NCBI GenBank assembly: GCA_031272505.1
Contig: JAISTQ010000005.1
Coordinates: 31,572 to 95,571, forward strand
DNA: 64,000 bases
Reading direction: 5' to 3'
Source: Propionibacteriaceae bacterium
GTDB taxonomy: Bacteria > Actinomycetota > Actinomycetes > Propionibacteriales > Propionibacteriaceae
The position numbers and the translations under genes were made by a program. The notes under the pieces were generated by a model. That model saw only the letters and a program-made list of their open reading frames with translations, was not told the origin of the DNA and did no database searches. Positions 38,449-46,691 of the stretch are shown here, one piece after another. Each line of letters starts with the position of its first letter. The stretch's first letter is position 1.

Positions 38449-39450
38449 CTAGAAGACGCGGATCGGGATTTCGGCGGGGGCGTTCAGATAGCCCTCGATC
38501 TCCTCATCCAGCTTGCACAGGGTGAGCGAGAAGCCCGCCATCTCCAGCGAGGTGCAGTACTCGCCCACGTAGTTCTTGGCGATCACCAGGCCGCGCTCGG
38601 CGCACTTCTTGGCCGCCAAGCCGTAGAGCAGGTACAGCTCGGAGATCGGGGTGCCACCGAGGCCGTTGATCATCACAGCCACCCGGTCGCCCGCCTGGTA
38701 CGGCAGGTCGTCGGCGACGGCCGCGAAGACCTCGTCCATGATGTCGGAGGCGGGGCGGATCTTGTCGCGACGCCGGCCCGGCTCGCCGTGGATGCCGACG
38801 CCGACCTCAATCTCGTCATCGCCGATCTCGAAGATCGGGGTGCCCTTGGCGGGCGGGGTGCAGGAGGTGAGCGCGATACCCATGGAGCGGATCCAGCCGT
38901 TCACCTTCTCACCGACCGCGACCACCTCGGCGAGGCTCTTGCCCGCTTCGGCAGCGGCCGCGACCGCCTTGATGACGAAGAAGTTGCCCGCGACGCCCCG
39001 GCGGCCCACGGTGTAGAGGCTGTCCTGGACGGCGACGTCGTCATTGACGATGACCACGCCGATTTCGGTGTCGGGCAGCTCGGCCTCGGCCATTTCCTTG
39101 GCCATGTCCCAGGCCATCCGGTCGCCGGTGTAGTTGTTGATCAGGTGCAGGATACCCTTGTTGGGCCGGGCGGCCAGCAGCTTGGTGCATTCGAGCACGT
39201 AATCCATCGGCGGGGCGGCGAAGACGTTGCCAGGGCAGCAGGCGTCCAACATGCCGGGGCCGACGATCATGGAGTGCGCGGGCTCGTGGCCCGAGCCGGA
39301 ACCCTGCATGATGAGCACCTTGTCCGGGGTCTCCTTGCGGACCAGGATGTTGTATTCGGGCACCCAATCGAGGGTGTCTTGGTTGGCCAGATAGATGCCT
39401 TCGAACATGTCGTGGACGAAGTTCGCGGGATCATCGACGAATTTCTTCAT
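38449..39450 (-). CDS. dhaK: Dihydroxyacetone kinase, DhaK subunit
   Basis: 'GSGSGHEPAH', 'DDVAV' and the His-containing dihydroxyacetone-binding region. Confidence 0.9.
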   Translation of the reverse strand: MKKFVDDPANFVHDMFEGIYLANQDTLDWVPEYNILVRKETPDKVLIMQGSGSGHEPAHSMIVGPGMLDACCPGNVFAAPPMDYVLECTKLLAARPNKGILHLINNYTGDRMAWDMAKEMAEAELPDTEIGVVIVNDDVAVQDSLYTVGRRGVAGNFFVIKAVAAAAEAGKSLAEVVAVGEKVNGWIRSMGIALTSCTPPAKGTPIFEIGDDEIEVGVGIHGEPGRRRDKIRPASDIMDEVFAAVADDLPYQAGDRVAVMINGLGGTPISELYLLYGLAAKKCAERGLVIAKNYVGEYCTSLEMAGFSLTLCKLDEEIEGYLNAPAEIPIRVF

Positions 39451-39496
39451 AGTTCTCCTTAAATTGGGGTATTTGGGTGTTCAGTTGTGCCGCCGG

Positions 39497-40129
39497 TTAG
39501 AGGGCAGCGCAGATAGCCTTCGCCATGTCTCCGACGGCGACGATGCCCGGATCGTAGGTGCCGATGGAGCGTTCACCGGTGAAAGACTGCCGACCGCGCT
39601 TGGCGATCCAGCCCTTCGACGTCTCGCGCATCTCATAGGCGGCGTCGGCGGCCTTGGCGAATGCCTCCAGCAGGGTGCCTTCGCCGCTGGCTGCGGATTC
39701 CGCCAAGGAGACCGCGATGGCGTCCAAGGCGTCCACCAGCGTCTTGTCGCCAAGCTGGGCGCCGCCGCGCTTCATGATGCCCTCGATGGCGCTGCGGAGC
39801 CCGGCCACGATCTCGTCCAGCGTGATCTCGGTCTTGCCCCGGAAAGCGATTCCGGTACGCATGAACAGCGTGCCCCAAACCGGCCCGGAGCTGCCCCCGG
39901 TGTTCGCCGTCAGGGCGCTGGCGACATTGAGCAGGGTGGCCCCGATGGAGCTGTGGTCATAGCTGTCCCATTGGGCTTTCACCACCTTGAATCCGCTCGC
40001 CAAAGAGACGCCGAAATCGGCATCTCCCATCACGCCGTCCAACTCCGAAAAGTAGGCTTCATTGGCAATGGCGACATCAGCCATGGTGAGTACGACAGTC
40101 TCGGCTTGAGCCTGGGTAAGGTTATCCAT
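39497..40129 (-). CDS. dhaL: Dihydroxyacetone kinase, ADP-binding DhaL subunit
   Basis: 'DGVMGDADFGVSL' and 'GGSSGPVWGTLF' Dak2 motifs. Confidence 0.9.
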   Translation of the reverse strand: MDNLTQAQAETVVLTMADVAIANEAYFSELDGVMGDADFGVSLASGFKVVKAQWDSYDHSSIGATLLNVASALTANTGGSSGPVWGTLFMRTGIAFRGKTEITLDEIVAGLRSAIEGIMKRGGAQLGDKTLVDALDAIAVSLAESAASGEGTLLEAFAKAADAAYEMRETSKGWIAKRGRQSFTGERSIGTYDPGIVAVGDMAKAICAAL

Positions 40130-40216
40130 TCTGCATCACCTCCTCGTGTTGTGCAGATATGTATAGCCTAGTCCCATCAAGTTTTCGCCGCTCCAACTTC
40201 ATCTGTCCGAAACATT

Positions 40217-41227
40217 TCACATCCAGCGGCCGGCGATGGGGTGGGCGCAGTGGGGGCAGTGGCCGGAGGTGAGGGTGTTTTGGGTGACGTGGAAGCCGTC
40301 GCGGATGATGAGGGGGGCGTGGCAGGCGGGGCAGTAGGTGGTGGCGCCCTCAAGGTCGCGGATGTTGCCGGTGTAGACGAAGTGCAGGCCGTTGGCCTGG
40401 GCGAGGTGGCGGGCGCGGGCCAGGGTGGCGGCGGGGGTGCGGGGAGTGTCGCGCATCCGGTTGTCGGGGTGGAAGGCGGTGAAGTGCAGCGGGACGTGCG
40501 GGCCGAGCGCGTCGGCCACCCAGGCGCTGAGCGCGTCGATTTCGGCGTCGGAGTCGTTTTGGCCGGGGATCAGCAGGGTGGTGATCTCCAGCCAGACGTT
40601 GGTCTCGCGGGCCAGGTAAACCAAAGTCTCTTTGACGGGGGCGAGCCGCGCTCCCGTCAAGCGGCGGTAGAAATCGTCCGAGAAGCTCTTCAAATCGACG
40701 TTGGCGCCGTCCATCGCCGCGAAGAACTCGGCGCGGGGCTCGGCTTCGATATATCCGGCGGTGACCGCGATGTTCACCAGCCCGGCCTCCCGGCAGGCGC
40801 TGGCCGAGTCGATGGCGTATTCGGCGAAGATGATCGGATCGTTGTAGGTGTAGGCCACGCCCCGGCAGCCCCGGCCGGAAGCGAGCGCGGCGATCTGCTC
40901 GGGGGTGGCGGCGGCCGCCATCAAATCCAAGCTGCGGGCGGTGGAAAGCTCCCAGTTCTGGCAGAACTTGCAGGCCAGGTTGCAGCCGGCCGTCCCGAAG
41001 CTGAGCACGGTGGAGCCGGGAAAAAAGTGGTTCAGCGGCTTCTTCTCCACCGGGTCGACGGCAAATCCCGAAGAGCGCCCGTAGGTGGTGAGCATCAGTT
41101 GCCCGCCCAGGTTTTGGCGGACGAAGCAGAAGCCCCGCTGGCCTTCGCGCAGCGAGCAGTGCCGCGGGCAGAGCGTGCAGCGGACTTTCCCGTCAACCTC
41201 GCTCCACCAGCGCGCCGGGCTATTCAT
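40217..41227 (-). CDS. AmmeMemoRadiSam system radical SAM enzyme
   Basis: 'GCNLACKFCQN' CxxxCxxC; PFL-activase-like; C-terminal Cys/His cluster 'CPACH...CPHCAH'. Adjacent to AMMECR1 and MEMO1-like genes. Confidence 0.85.
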   Translation of the reverse strand: MNSPARWWSEVDGKVRCTLCPRHCSLREGQRGFCFVRQNLGGQLMLTTYGRSSGFAVDPVEKKPLNHFFPGSTVLSFGTAGCNLACKFCQNWELSTARSLDLMAAAATPEQIAALASGRGCRGVAYTYNDPIIFAEYAIDSASACREAGLVNIAVTAGYIEAEPRAEFFAAMDGANVDLKSFSDDFYRRLTGARLAPVKETLVYLARETNVWLEITTLLIPGQNDSDAEIDALSAWVADALGPHVPLHFTAFHPDNRMRDTPRTPAATLARARHLAQANGLHFVYTGNIRDLEGATTYCPACHAPLIIRDGFHVTQNTLTSGHCPHCAHPIAGRWM

Positions 41228-41774
41228 GGAAGGCGCTCACCTGGTAGACGTGGAGCCGCACGTCATCCCCCCAGTAGTCGGCAGCCAGCCGGGCTTTGCG
41301 CTTCAGATGCGCCATGAACACCCGCTTATCTGGCAGATCCTCCCAAACCTGCGGCAGGAAGGTGGCGCGATGGCTGCCCGCCTCCAGGATCACCCCGTCG
41401 ATGTCCGGGCGGAGCTGGGCCAGCGCGTCCGCCTCGGAGGTGAAACTCAGCTCCTGCGGGGGCGTCAGCACCGAGACTTCCACGTCCACCTGCGCGAACT
41501 CGTCGCGCGAAAGCGGCGGGAAGCGCGGATCGCGGAAGGCGGCGGAGACGGCGTTGGAGCGCACGTCCTCACCGAGCCAGCGCCAGGCCTCCAGGGAGCC
41601 GATGCAGCCGCGCAGCCGCCCGTCGATGGTGAGGGTGACGAAGGCAGCCCCCCGTTCGTTGAGCCACTCGGCCTCACCGTCTGGCTCGGCAGCGGGCAGA
41701 TTCAGTTGGGTGGCGATGGCCGACCGGGCCAGCCGCGTCAATACCAATCCGGCGTCATCAGGCAAGGCAGTCAT
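41220..41774 (-). CDS. AmmeMemoRadiSam system protein A (AMMECR1 domain)
   Basis: 'AFVTLTIDGRLRGCIGSLEA' AMMECR1 motif. 8-nt overlap with the radical SAM gene. Confidence 0.85.
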   Translation of the reverse strand: MTALPDDAGLVLTRLARSAIATQLNLPAAEPDGEAEWLNERGAAFVTLTIDGRLRGCIGSLEAWRWLGEDVRSNAVSAAFRDPRFPPLSRDEFAQVDVEVSVLTPPQELSFTSEADALAQLRPDIDGVILEAGSHRATFLPQVWEDLPDKRVFMAHLKRKARLAADYWGDDVRLHVYQVSAFHE

Positions 41775-41782
41775 GGGTACTC

Positions 41783-42550
41783 CTATTCGTAAAAGGCGAA
41801 GCTGGCATAGCCGACCACGCGGCGTTTGTCGCCAGCGGTGTCCCCCGAATTGCAGGCGGCGAGCAGCTTAGGCTGCCAACCGTGGTCGCGGGCGGCGAGC
41901 AGGAAGCCATTCAGCGGGTAGTACCCGCAGGCGTCCTCATGGCCGACCGATTCCAGGGCCAAAATCCGCTCGATGGTCTGCGCGTCCTGGGCCTGTGCCT
42001 CGGGATACGTTAAATAATGCGAGAGATCGGAGGAGACGACGAAGCGCAACTCCGGCTCGGTGAAAAGCACGTCCAACACCTCGGCGACGTCGGCGGGCGA
42101 GACCCAGCCGACCGCCAGCGGCAGCACCTCGGTGACGCCCAGGCGCTGCAGGAACGGCAGGTGCACTTCGATGGAATGCTCCTCGGCGTGGACGCGGGCG
42201 TCTTGCACCACCTGCTCGAAATCGCTGACGAGCTCCACCCCCCGCTCCCAGACGGATACTTCGCCGAGCGGGGTGGCCAGCGCGTCCGCGTCCGGCAACG
42301 CCAACGCCGGGATGCCGACCCGATGGCACGGGCCGAGCACCACCACCGGCCCCAGGTCAGCCCCTTTCCAGCAGGCATAGGCCTGCCCGGCGGTCGAGCC
42401 GGAATAGACGTAGCCGGCGTGCGGGGCGACCAGCGCGCGCGGGGTGGGGGAGGTGGCGGCGGGGACGTCCAGAAAGCCGTCCACGGTCTTTTCCAAAGTG
42501 TGGGCGTCGCCAGGGTAGAACAGCCCGGCGACGGCGGCGGGCCGGATCAT
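41783..42550 (-). CDS. AmmeMemoRadiSam system protein B (MEMO1 family)
   Basis: 'AGLFYPGD', 'APHAGYVYSGSTAG' and 'SSDLSHY' MEMO1 motifs. Confidence 0.85.
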   Translation of the reverse strand: MIRPAAVAGLFYPGDAHTLEKTVDGFLDVPAATSPTPRALVAPHAGYVYSGSTAGQAYACWKGADLGPVVVLGPCHRVGIPALALPDADALATPLGEVSVWERGVELVSDFEQVVQDARVHAEEHSIEVHLPFLQRLGVTEVLPLAVGWVSPADVAEVLDVLFTEPELRFVVSSDLSHYLTYPEAQAQDAQTIERILALESVGHEDACGYYPLNGFLLAARDHGWQPKLLAACNSGDTAGDKRRVVGYASFAFYE

Positions 42551-43545
42551 GTGGCCTCCTCGTTTATTAGGGCAAGCAGTTCGGTTTTGCGCTCCGCGGT
42601 GGCGAAGGAGGCGGTGACGGAGTTGCGGCAGAGCTGCAACAGTTGGGCGTCGTCAAGGCCGAACTCGGCGGTGACGGCGGCGAAGTTCGCCCCCAGGTAG
42701 CCGCCGAAGTAGGCCGGATCGTCAGAGTTGACGCTCACCAGCACTCCGGCATCCAGCAAAGCGGGCAGCGGGTGGGCGGCCAAGGTGTCGACGGCCTGCA
42801 GCCGCACGTTGGAGAGCGGGCAGAGCGTCAACGGGATTTGCCGCGCGGCCAAGGCGGCGAGCAAGGTGCCGTCTTCGACGGAGCGGATGCCATGGTCGAT
42901 GCGTTCGGCGTGCAGCAGGTCCAATGCCTGCCAGACGTAATCGGGCTCGCCCTCCTCGCCGGCGTGGGCCACCACATGCAGCCCCAGCTCGCGCGCCCGT
43001 GCGAAGACTGCAATGAACTCTGACGGCGGGTGGCCCACCTCGGCCGAATCCAACCCGACGCCGAGCAACTGCCCCAGATATGGCTCGGCGGCCGCGAGCA
43101 GCTCGGCGGCCGCGTCCGCGCCCAAATCGCGCAGGAAGCACATGATCAGCCCGCCGGTGATGCCCAACTCCAGCGCCGCTCGGGAGGCTGCCTCCGTCAA
43201 TCCGGCGATCACCTCCGCCAGCGGCACCCCGTTGCGGACATGCACCTGCGGATCGAAGAAGAGTTCCGCGTGCGCCACCCCGTCGGCGGCCGCCCGCTGG
43301 TAGTACGCCCAGGCGAGCTGCGCGAAATCCTCCTGGGTGCGCAGTACCGTCATGCACTGGTAGTACAGATCCAGGAATGACTGCAGGGAGGTGAACTGGT
43401 AGCGTCCGCGCAATTCGGCAACGCTGTCCCACGGCAAAGGCACCGCGTTTCGCCGCGCCAACTCGAATACCATCTCGGGCTCCAGCGTCCCCTCCACATG
43501 CAGATGCAATTCCGCTTTTGGCACCCGGACTAGCTCCATGCGCAA
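42547..43545 (-). CDS. add: Adenosine/adenine deaminase
   Basis: 'PKAELHLHVEGTL', 'VVAHAGEEG' and 'SVNSDDPAYFG' metal-binding motifs. ATGA overlap with the MEMO1 gene. Confidence 0.88.
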   Translation of the reverse strand: MRMELVRVPKAELHLHVEGTLEPEMVFELARRNAVPLPWDSVAELRGRYQFTSLQSFLDLYYQCMTVLRTQEDFAQLAWAYYQRAAADGVAHAELFFDPQVHVRNGVPLAEVIAGLTEAASRAALELGITGGLIMCFLRDLGADAAAELLAAAEPYLGQLLGVGLDSAEVGHPPSEFIAVFARARELGLHVVAHAGEEGEPDYVWQALDLLHAERIDHGIRSVEDGTLLAALAARQIPLTLCPLSNVRLQAVDTLAAHPLPALLDAGVLVSVNSDDPAYFGGYLGANFAAVTAEFGLDDAQLLQLCRNSVTASFATAERKTELLALINEEAT

Positions 43546-43564
43546 ATCCTAGTCGGTTGGTGGG

Positions 43565-46243
43565 TTGCCGGTGATCCGATGCCGCAGGGGTACTTTAGTT
43601 TTCTGCGCGGATTTGCGTCAATCACTCGCCTCGCTGGCCCGGTTGGCATACGATTCGAATGTGTACGAGAGTGTGCGGAACATTATCGATTCGATTCTGG
43701 AGTATCTGCGTGGCGAGGTGAGCGTACACCTGGTCGGGATGCGGGGCTCCGGCCGCACCTTGGTCACCTCGCTGGTCACCGAGCGGCTCACCGAAGAAGG
43801 TGTCACCGTCGCGTCGGTCACCGGCATTCCGGCTTTGAAAGATCGGCCGCTGGGCGCGCTGTTGGCCTCCGGTTTGCTGAATCCGCCCGTCGGGGCCGGG
43901 GGAACGGCGGCCGCACCGCCAGCGCCAGCCGGCGGCACCTCCATCGCGAGTGCGGTCACCTCGCTGTTGCGGCACCTGCCCCAGCCGAATTCGGTCTTGA
44001 TCGTGGACGACGCCGACGAGTTGGACCAATCCAGCGCGGGTGTGATCGACGCCGCCCGCACCCGACAGCGCTTCCTGGTGCTGGCCGTCCGCCGTCCGGG
44101 CGGAGCCAGCCGCGAGGCCACCTCAGCTTTGACGTCGCTGGTGAATCCCTGCGCCCGACTCACCTTGCATCCGATGCACTTTGACCAACTGCACTCGCTC
44201 GTGCATGATCTGCTGCCCGGCACCGTGGAATCCGCCACCGTGGCCCGCATCGCCACCGCCACCGGGGGCCTGCCCGGTTTGGTGCAGGCGGTGATCGGCA
44301 CCGGCAAGCGCACCGGGGCGATCGCCCAGGTGCAAGGCCAGTGGAAGGCCGTGGGCGATCTCTATTCGGAACGGCTGGCGGTGCCCATCTCGCTGCACCT
44401 CTATGGGTTGAACGATGCCGAGATGGACGCCTTGCTGCGGCTGGCCTGGATGGGTTCGGTGCCCGCCTCCGACGTCCACCTGATCGCCGACCTGCCCACC
44501 TTGGCGCGGCTGGACGACATCGGCGTGGTGCAGATCATGGATTCCTCCGCGGGCCGCATCGGCTCGGTCTTCCCGCCGCTGTTGGCCGAATACCTGCGTC
44601 GCGAGTCTTCCAGCACCCGCCGCACCCTGATCTTGCGCGAACTCGAGGAGGCCGGCGCTGACCCGCAATCGGAGATCAGCCGCTGGGTAAGCCCGCGTCG
44701 CGGCCTGACGGTTTCCGATTCGTCACTGCTCTCCAGCCGGATTCGCGAATACTGGGAGGCGGAGACGCAGCTCAACCGGACGGAATGGCTCAAAGACCAA
44801 TCTCCGCAGAACGCGGTGCCGCTGGTGACCTCGATGATCTCCGCTTCCGCCAGCGCCGAGGAGATCGAGCATGTGATCCAGCGCACCGACAAGCGCAAGT
44901 CGAGTGATTTCTGGAAGGCGCGGCTGGCGATGTGGACCGCCATCTATCGGGCGGTCGCCCGCGAAGATCTGCAGGGCGCCCAGGAGTTGCTGGCCCAGCG
45001 AAAGAAAGACAATCCCGCCTTCGCCGACGTGTTGAGCTTCATTTCCGAGCATCTGCAGTTCGTCTGCGACCGGGTGCCCGACGTCGAATGGGACAAGGTG
45101 CCGAAACTGGTGGACGAGCTGCACCAGGACGTCCGCGTGGGGCTGCTGGTGGAGTGCCTCATCGCCCAAGGCCGTCCCGCCGACGCGTTGAAGCTGTTGG
45201 AACAGTACAGTCCGGAGTTCCTCTCCTACGCCGACCACAATCCGATCTATCGCGGCTTGGCGATGCTGCTGAACGGCCAGGTGCTGGAAGGCACCCGGTG
45301 GGCCGAGCAGCAGTTGGCCATCGCCCAGGACGAGTTGCATCCGGGGCTGATCCAGGCGAACGGCTATGTGGTGGCTTTCGGATTGGCGCTGCAAGGGCGC
45401 TTCCACGAGCTGGGCACCATCGCCGCCTCGATTTTGACGCTCACGGGCGTCACCACCCTGTACGAAATCTTCCAGCGCGGCGTGATGACGCTGGCCGCCT
45501 TGGCGGCGGTCTGGGATGGCCGGGTGGCCTACGCGACCACGCTGGCCGATCAAGCGGCGCACGTGCAGAAGCTGGGGCCGTTCCCGGCGATGTTGACGGA
45601 AGTGGCGCCCGAGTTGATCTACGTCGAGGGCGAGGAAGCCGGCGAGACGCTGTGGCGGGCCACCGATGATCTGCTGGAACGCGGCTATATCTCGGCGGCG
45701 ATCTTCTGCGGGTCGGCGGCGATCGTGAAGAAACGGGACCTCAAGCGGGCCGCCAAGCTGGCCAAGGTGGCGGGCAAGACCCAAAGCCAACTGCTGCGCT
45801 CGATGGGCAACTTCATCTTGGCCGCCGCCGAGATGGATTCGGCCGCGCTCCGCCGCTCCGTCAAGGAGATGGAGGGCACCGGCGTGGCGCTGCACGTACT
45901 GCGGGGCTCGGTGATGCTGGCCATGGCACTGCGGCAAGACGGCGACATTGAGGGCTCCGCCGAGGTCGCCGACGAGGCTTTCCGGACATCGGCCATCAAC
46001 GTGTCGGTGAAGCAGCGGATGTTCCTGCCCTTGGCGGAAGCGTGCGGCCTGTCCATCCGGGAGTTGGAGATCGGCAAGATGTTGGCGTCGGGGAAGAACC
46101 CCACCGAGGTCGCCCAAGAGCTTGATCTGAGCGTCCGTACCGTAGAAAACCACGTTTCGAGCACATATCGGAAGGTCGGTGTGGGCTCAAGGAAGCGATT
46201 AAGTGCCGCAATTACCACCTGGTTGGGGGGTTTAGAGGTCTGA
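43565..46243 (+). CDS. LAL-type LuxR-family transcriptional regulator (N-terminal AAA/NTPase, C-terminal LuxR HTH)
   Basis: Walker A 'GMRGSGRTLV'; C-terminal 'LSIRELEIGKMLASGKNPTEVAQELDLSVRTVENHVSSTYRKVGV'. Start uncertain (TTG 43565, GTG 43571 or 43661). Confidence 0.8.
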   Translation: MPVIRCRRGTLVFCADLRQSLASLARLAYDSNVYESVRNIIDSILEYLRGEVSVHLVGMRGSGRTLVTSLVTERLTEEGVTVASVTGIPALKDRPLGALLASGLLNPPVGAGGTAAAPPAPAGGTSIASAVTSLLRHLPQPNSVLIVDDADELDQSSAGVIDAARTRQRFLVLAVRRPGGASREATSALTSLVNPCARLTLHPMHFDQLHSLVHDLLPGTVESATVARIATATGGLPGLVQAVIGTGKRTGAIAQVQGQWKAVGDLYSERLAVPISLHLYGLNDAEMDALLRLAWMGSVPASDVHLIADLPTLARLDDIGVVQIMDSSAGRIGSVFPPLLAEYLRRESSSTRRTLILRELEEAGADPQSEISRWVSPRRGLTVSDSSLLSSRIREYWEAETQLNRTEWLKDQSPQNAVPLVTSMISASASAEEIEHVIQRTDKRKSSDFWKARLAMWTAIYRAVAREDLQGAQELLAQRKKDNPAFADVLSFISEHLQFVCDRVPDVEWDKVPKLVDELHQDVRVGLLVECLIAQGRPADALKLLEQYSPEFLSYADHNPIYRGLAMLLNGQVLEGTRWAEQQLAIAQDELHPGLIQANGYVVAFGLALQGRFHELGTIAASILTLTGVTTLYEIFQRGVMTLAALAAVWDGRVAYATTLADQAAHVQKLGPFPAMLTEVAPELIYVEGEEAGETLWRATDDLLERGYISAAIFCGSAAIVKKRDLKRAAKLAKVAGKTQSQLLRSMGNFILAAAEMDSAALRRSVKEMEGTGVALHVLRGSVMLAMALRQDGDIEGSAEVADEAFRTSAINVSVKQRMFLPLAEACGLSIRELEIGKMLASGKNPTEVAQELDLSVRTVENHVSSTYRKVGVGSRKRLSAAITTWLGGLEV

Positions 46244-46265
46244 ATTACGCACGGTTTGCGGAATT

Positions 46266-46299
46266 TTGTACCTAATTCGCCCAAATTTGTACCTAATTT
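46266..46299 (+). promoter_or_regulatory. Direct repeat TTTGTACCTAATT x2 (21-bp register)
   Basis: Copies at 46266-46278 and 46287-46299, 23 nt after the LuxR-family gene stop. AT-rich in a high-GC genome. Confidence 0.4.
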
Positions 46300-46373
46300 G
46301 GGGGGGTAGTACGCACAACGACCCTAACCATCACGTACGGTTGAAACATACCTCGGGAAAGGAAGGGCATCAC

Positions 46374-46454
46374 ATGAAGCACCAGCTCATGCAGCAGCGT
46401 AGCGTCGATGCCCTATGCTTGGCGGCTCAGTTCCCACCTCTCACATTTAGATGA
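46374..46454 (+). CDS. Candidate small ORF (26 aa, MKHQLMQQRSVDALCLAAQFPPLTFR) with strong RBS
   Basis: GGAAAGGAAGGG 7 nt upstream of the ATG. Followed by two perfect inverted repeats: 46466-46476/46500-46510 and 46524-46535/46547-46558. Confidence 0.3.
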   Translation: MKHQLMQQRSVDALCLAAQFPPLTFR

Positions 46455-46691
46455 GCCGCTAGAGAGAGTGTCTGCCAACCTCACCTCTCAACACCCCCCC
46501 GGCAGACACTCAACCCCATCGTGGGCCGACCGGTGTTCCCGCTTTACCGGTCGGCCCACCCAGGTTTAACGGGCCGGAATCAGCCCCCCAGCCCAACTCA
46601 TAATCCATCCACAGCTTCGGCACATTTTTGCAACATAGGTTTGCGGCGTCTGGGGTTCGTCCAGACGTAGTCGTCAACTGAGAGGCCGACC

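Noticed and set aside
40241-41317. 358-aa plus-strand ORF opposite the radical SAM gene
   Set aside because: Antisense to a gene with clear CxxxCxxC radical-SAM signature.
44723-46153. 476-aa minus-strand ORF
   Set aside because: Antisense to the LAL regulator, whose LuxR HTH and Walker A are clearly in the plus frame.
46266-46454. 62-aa ORF reading through the AT-rich direct repeats
   Set aside because: No RBS at its 5' end and it would translate the repeat element. The 26-aa internal ORF with a strong RBS (46374) is the more credible unit.
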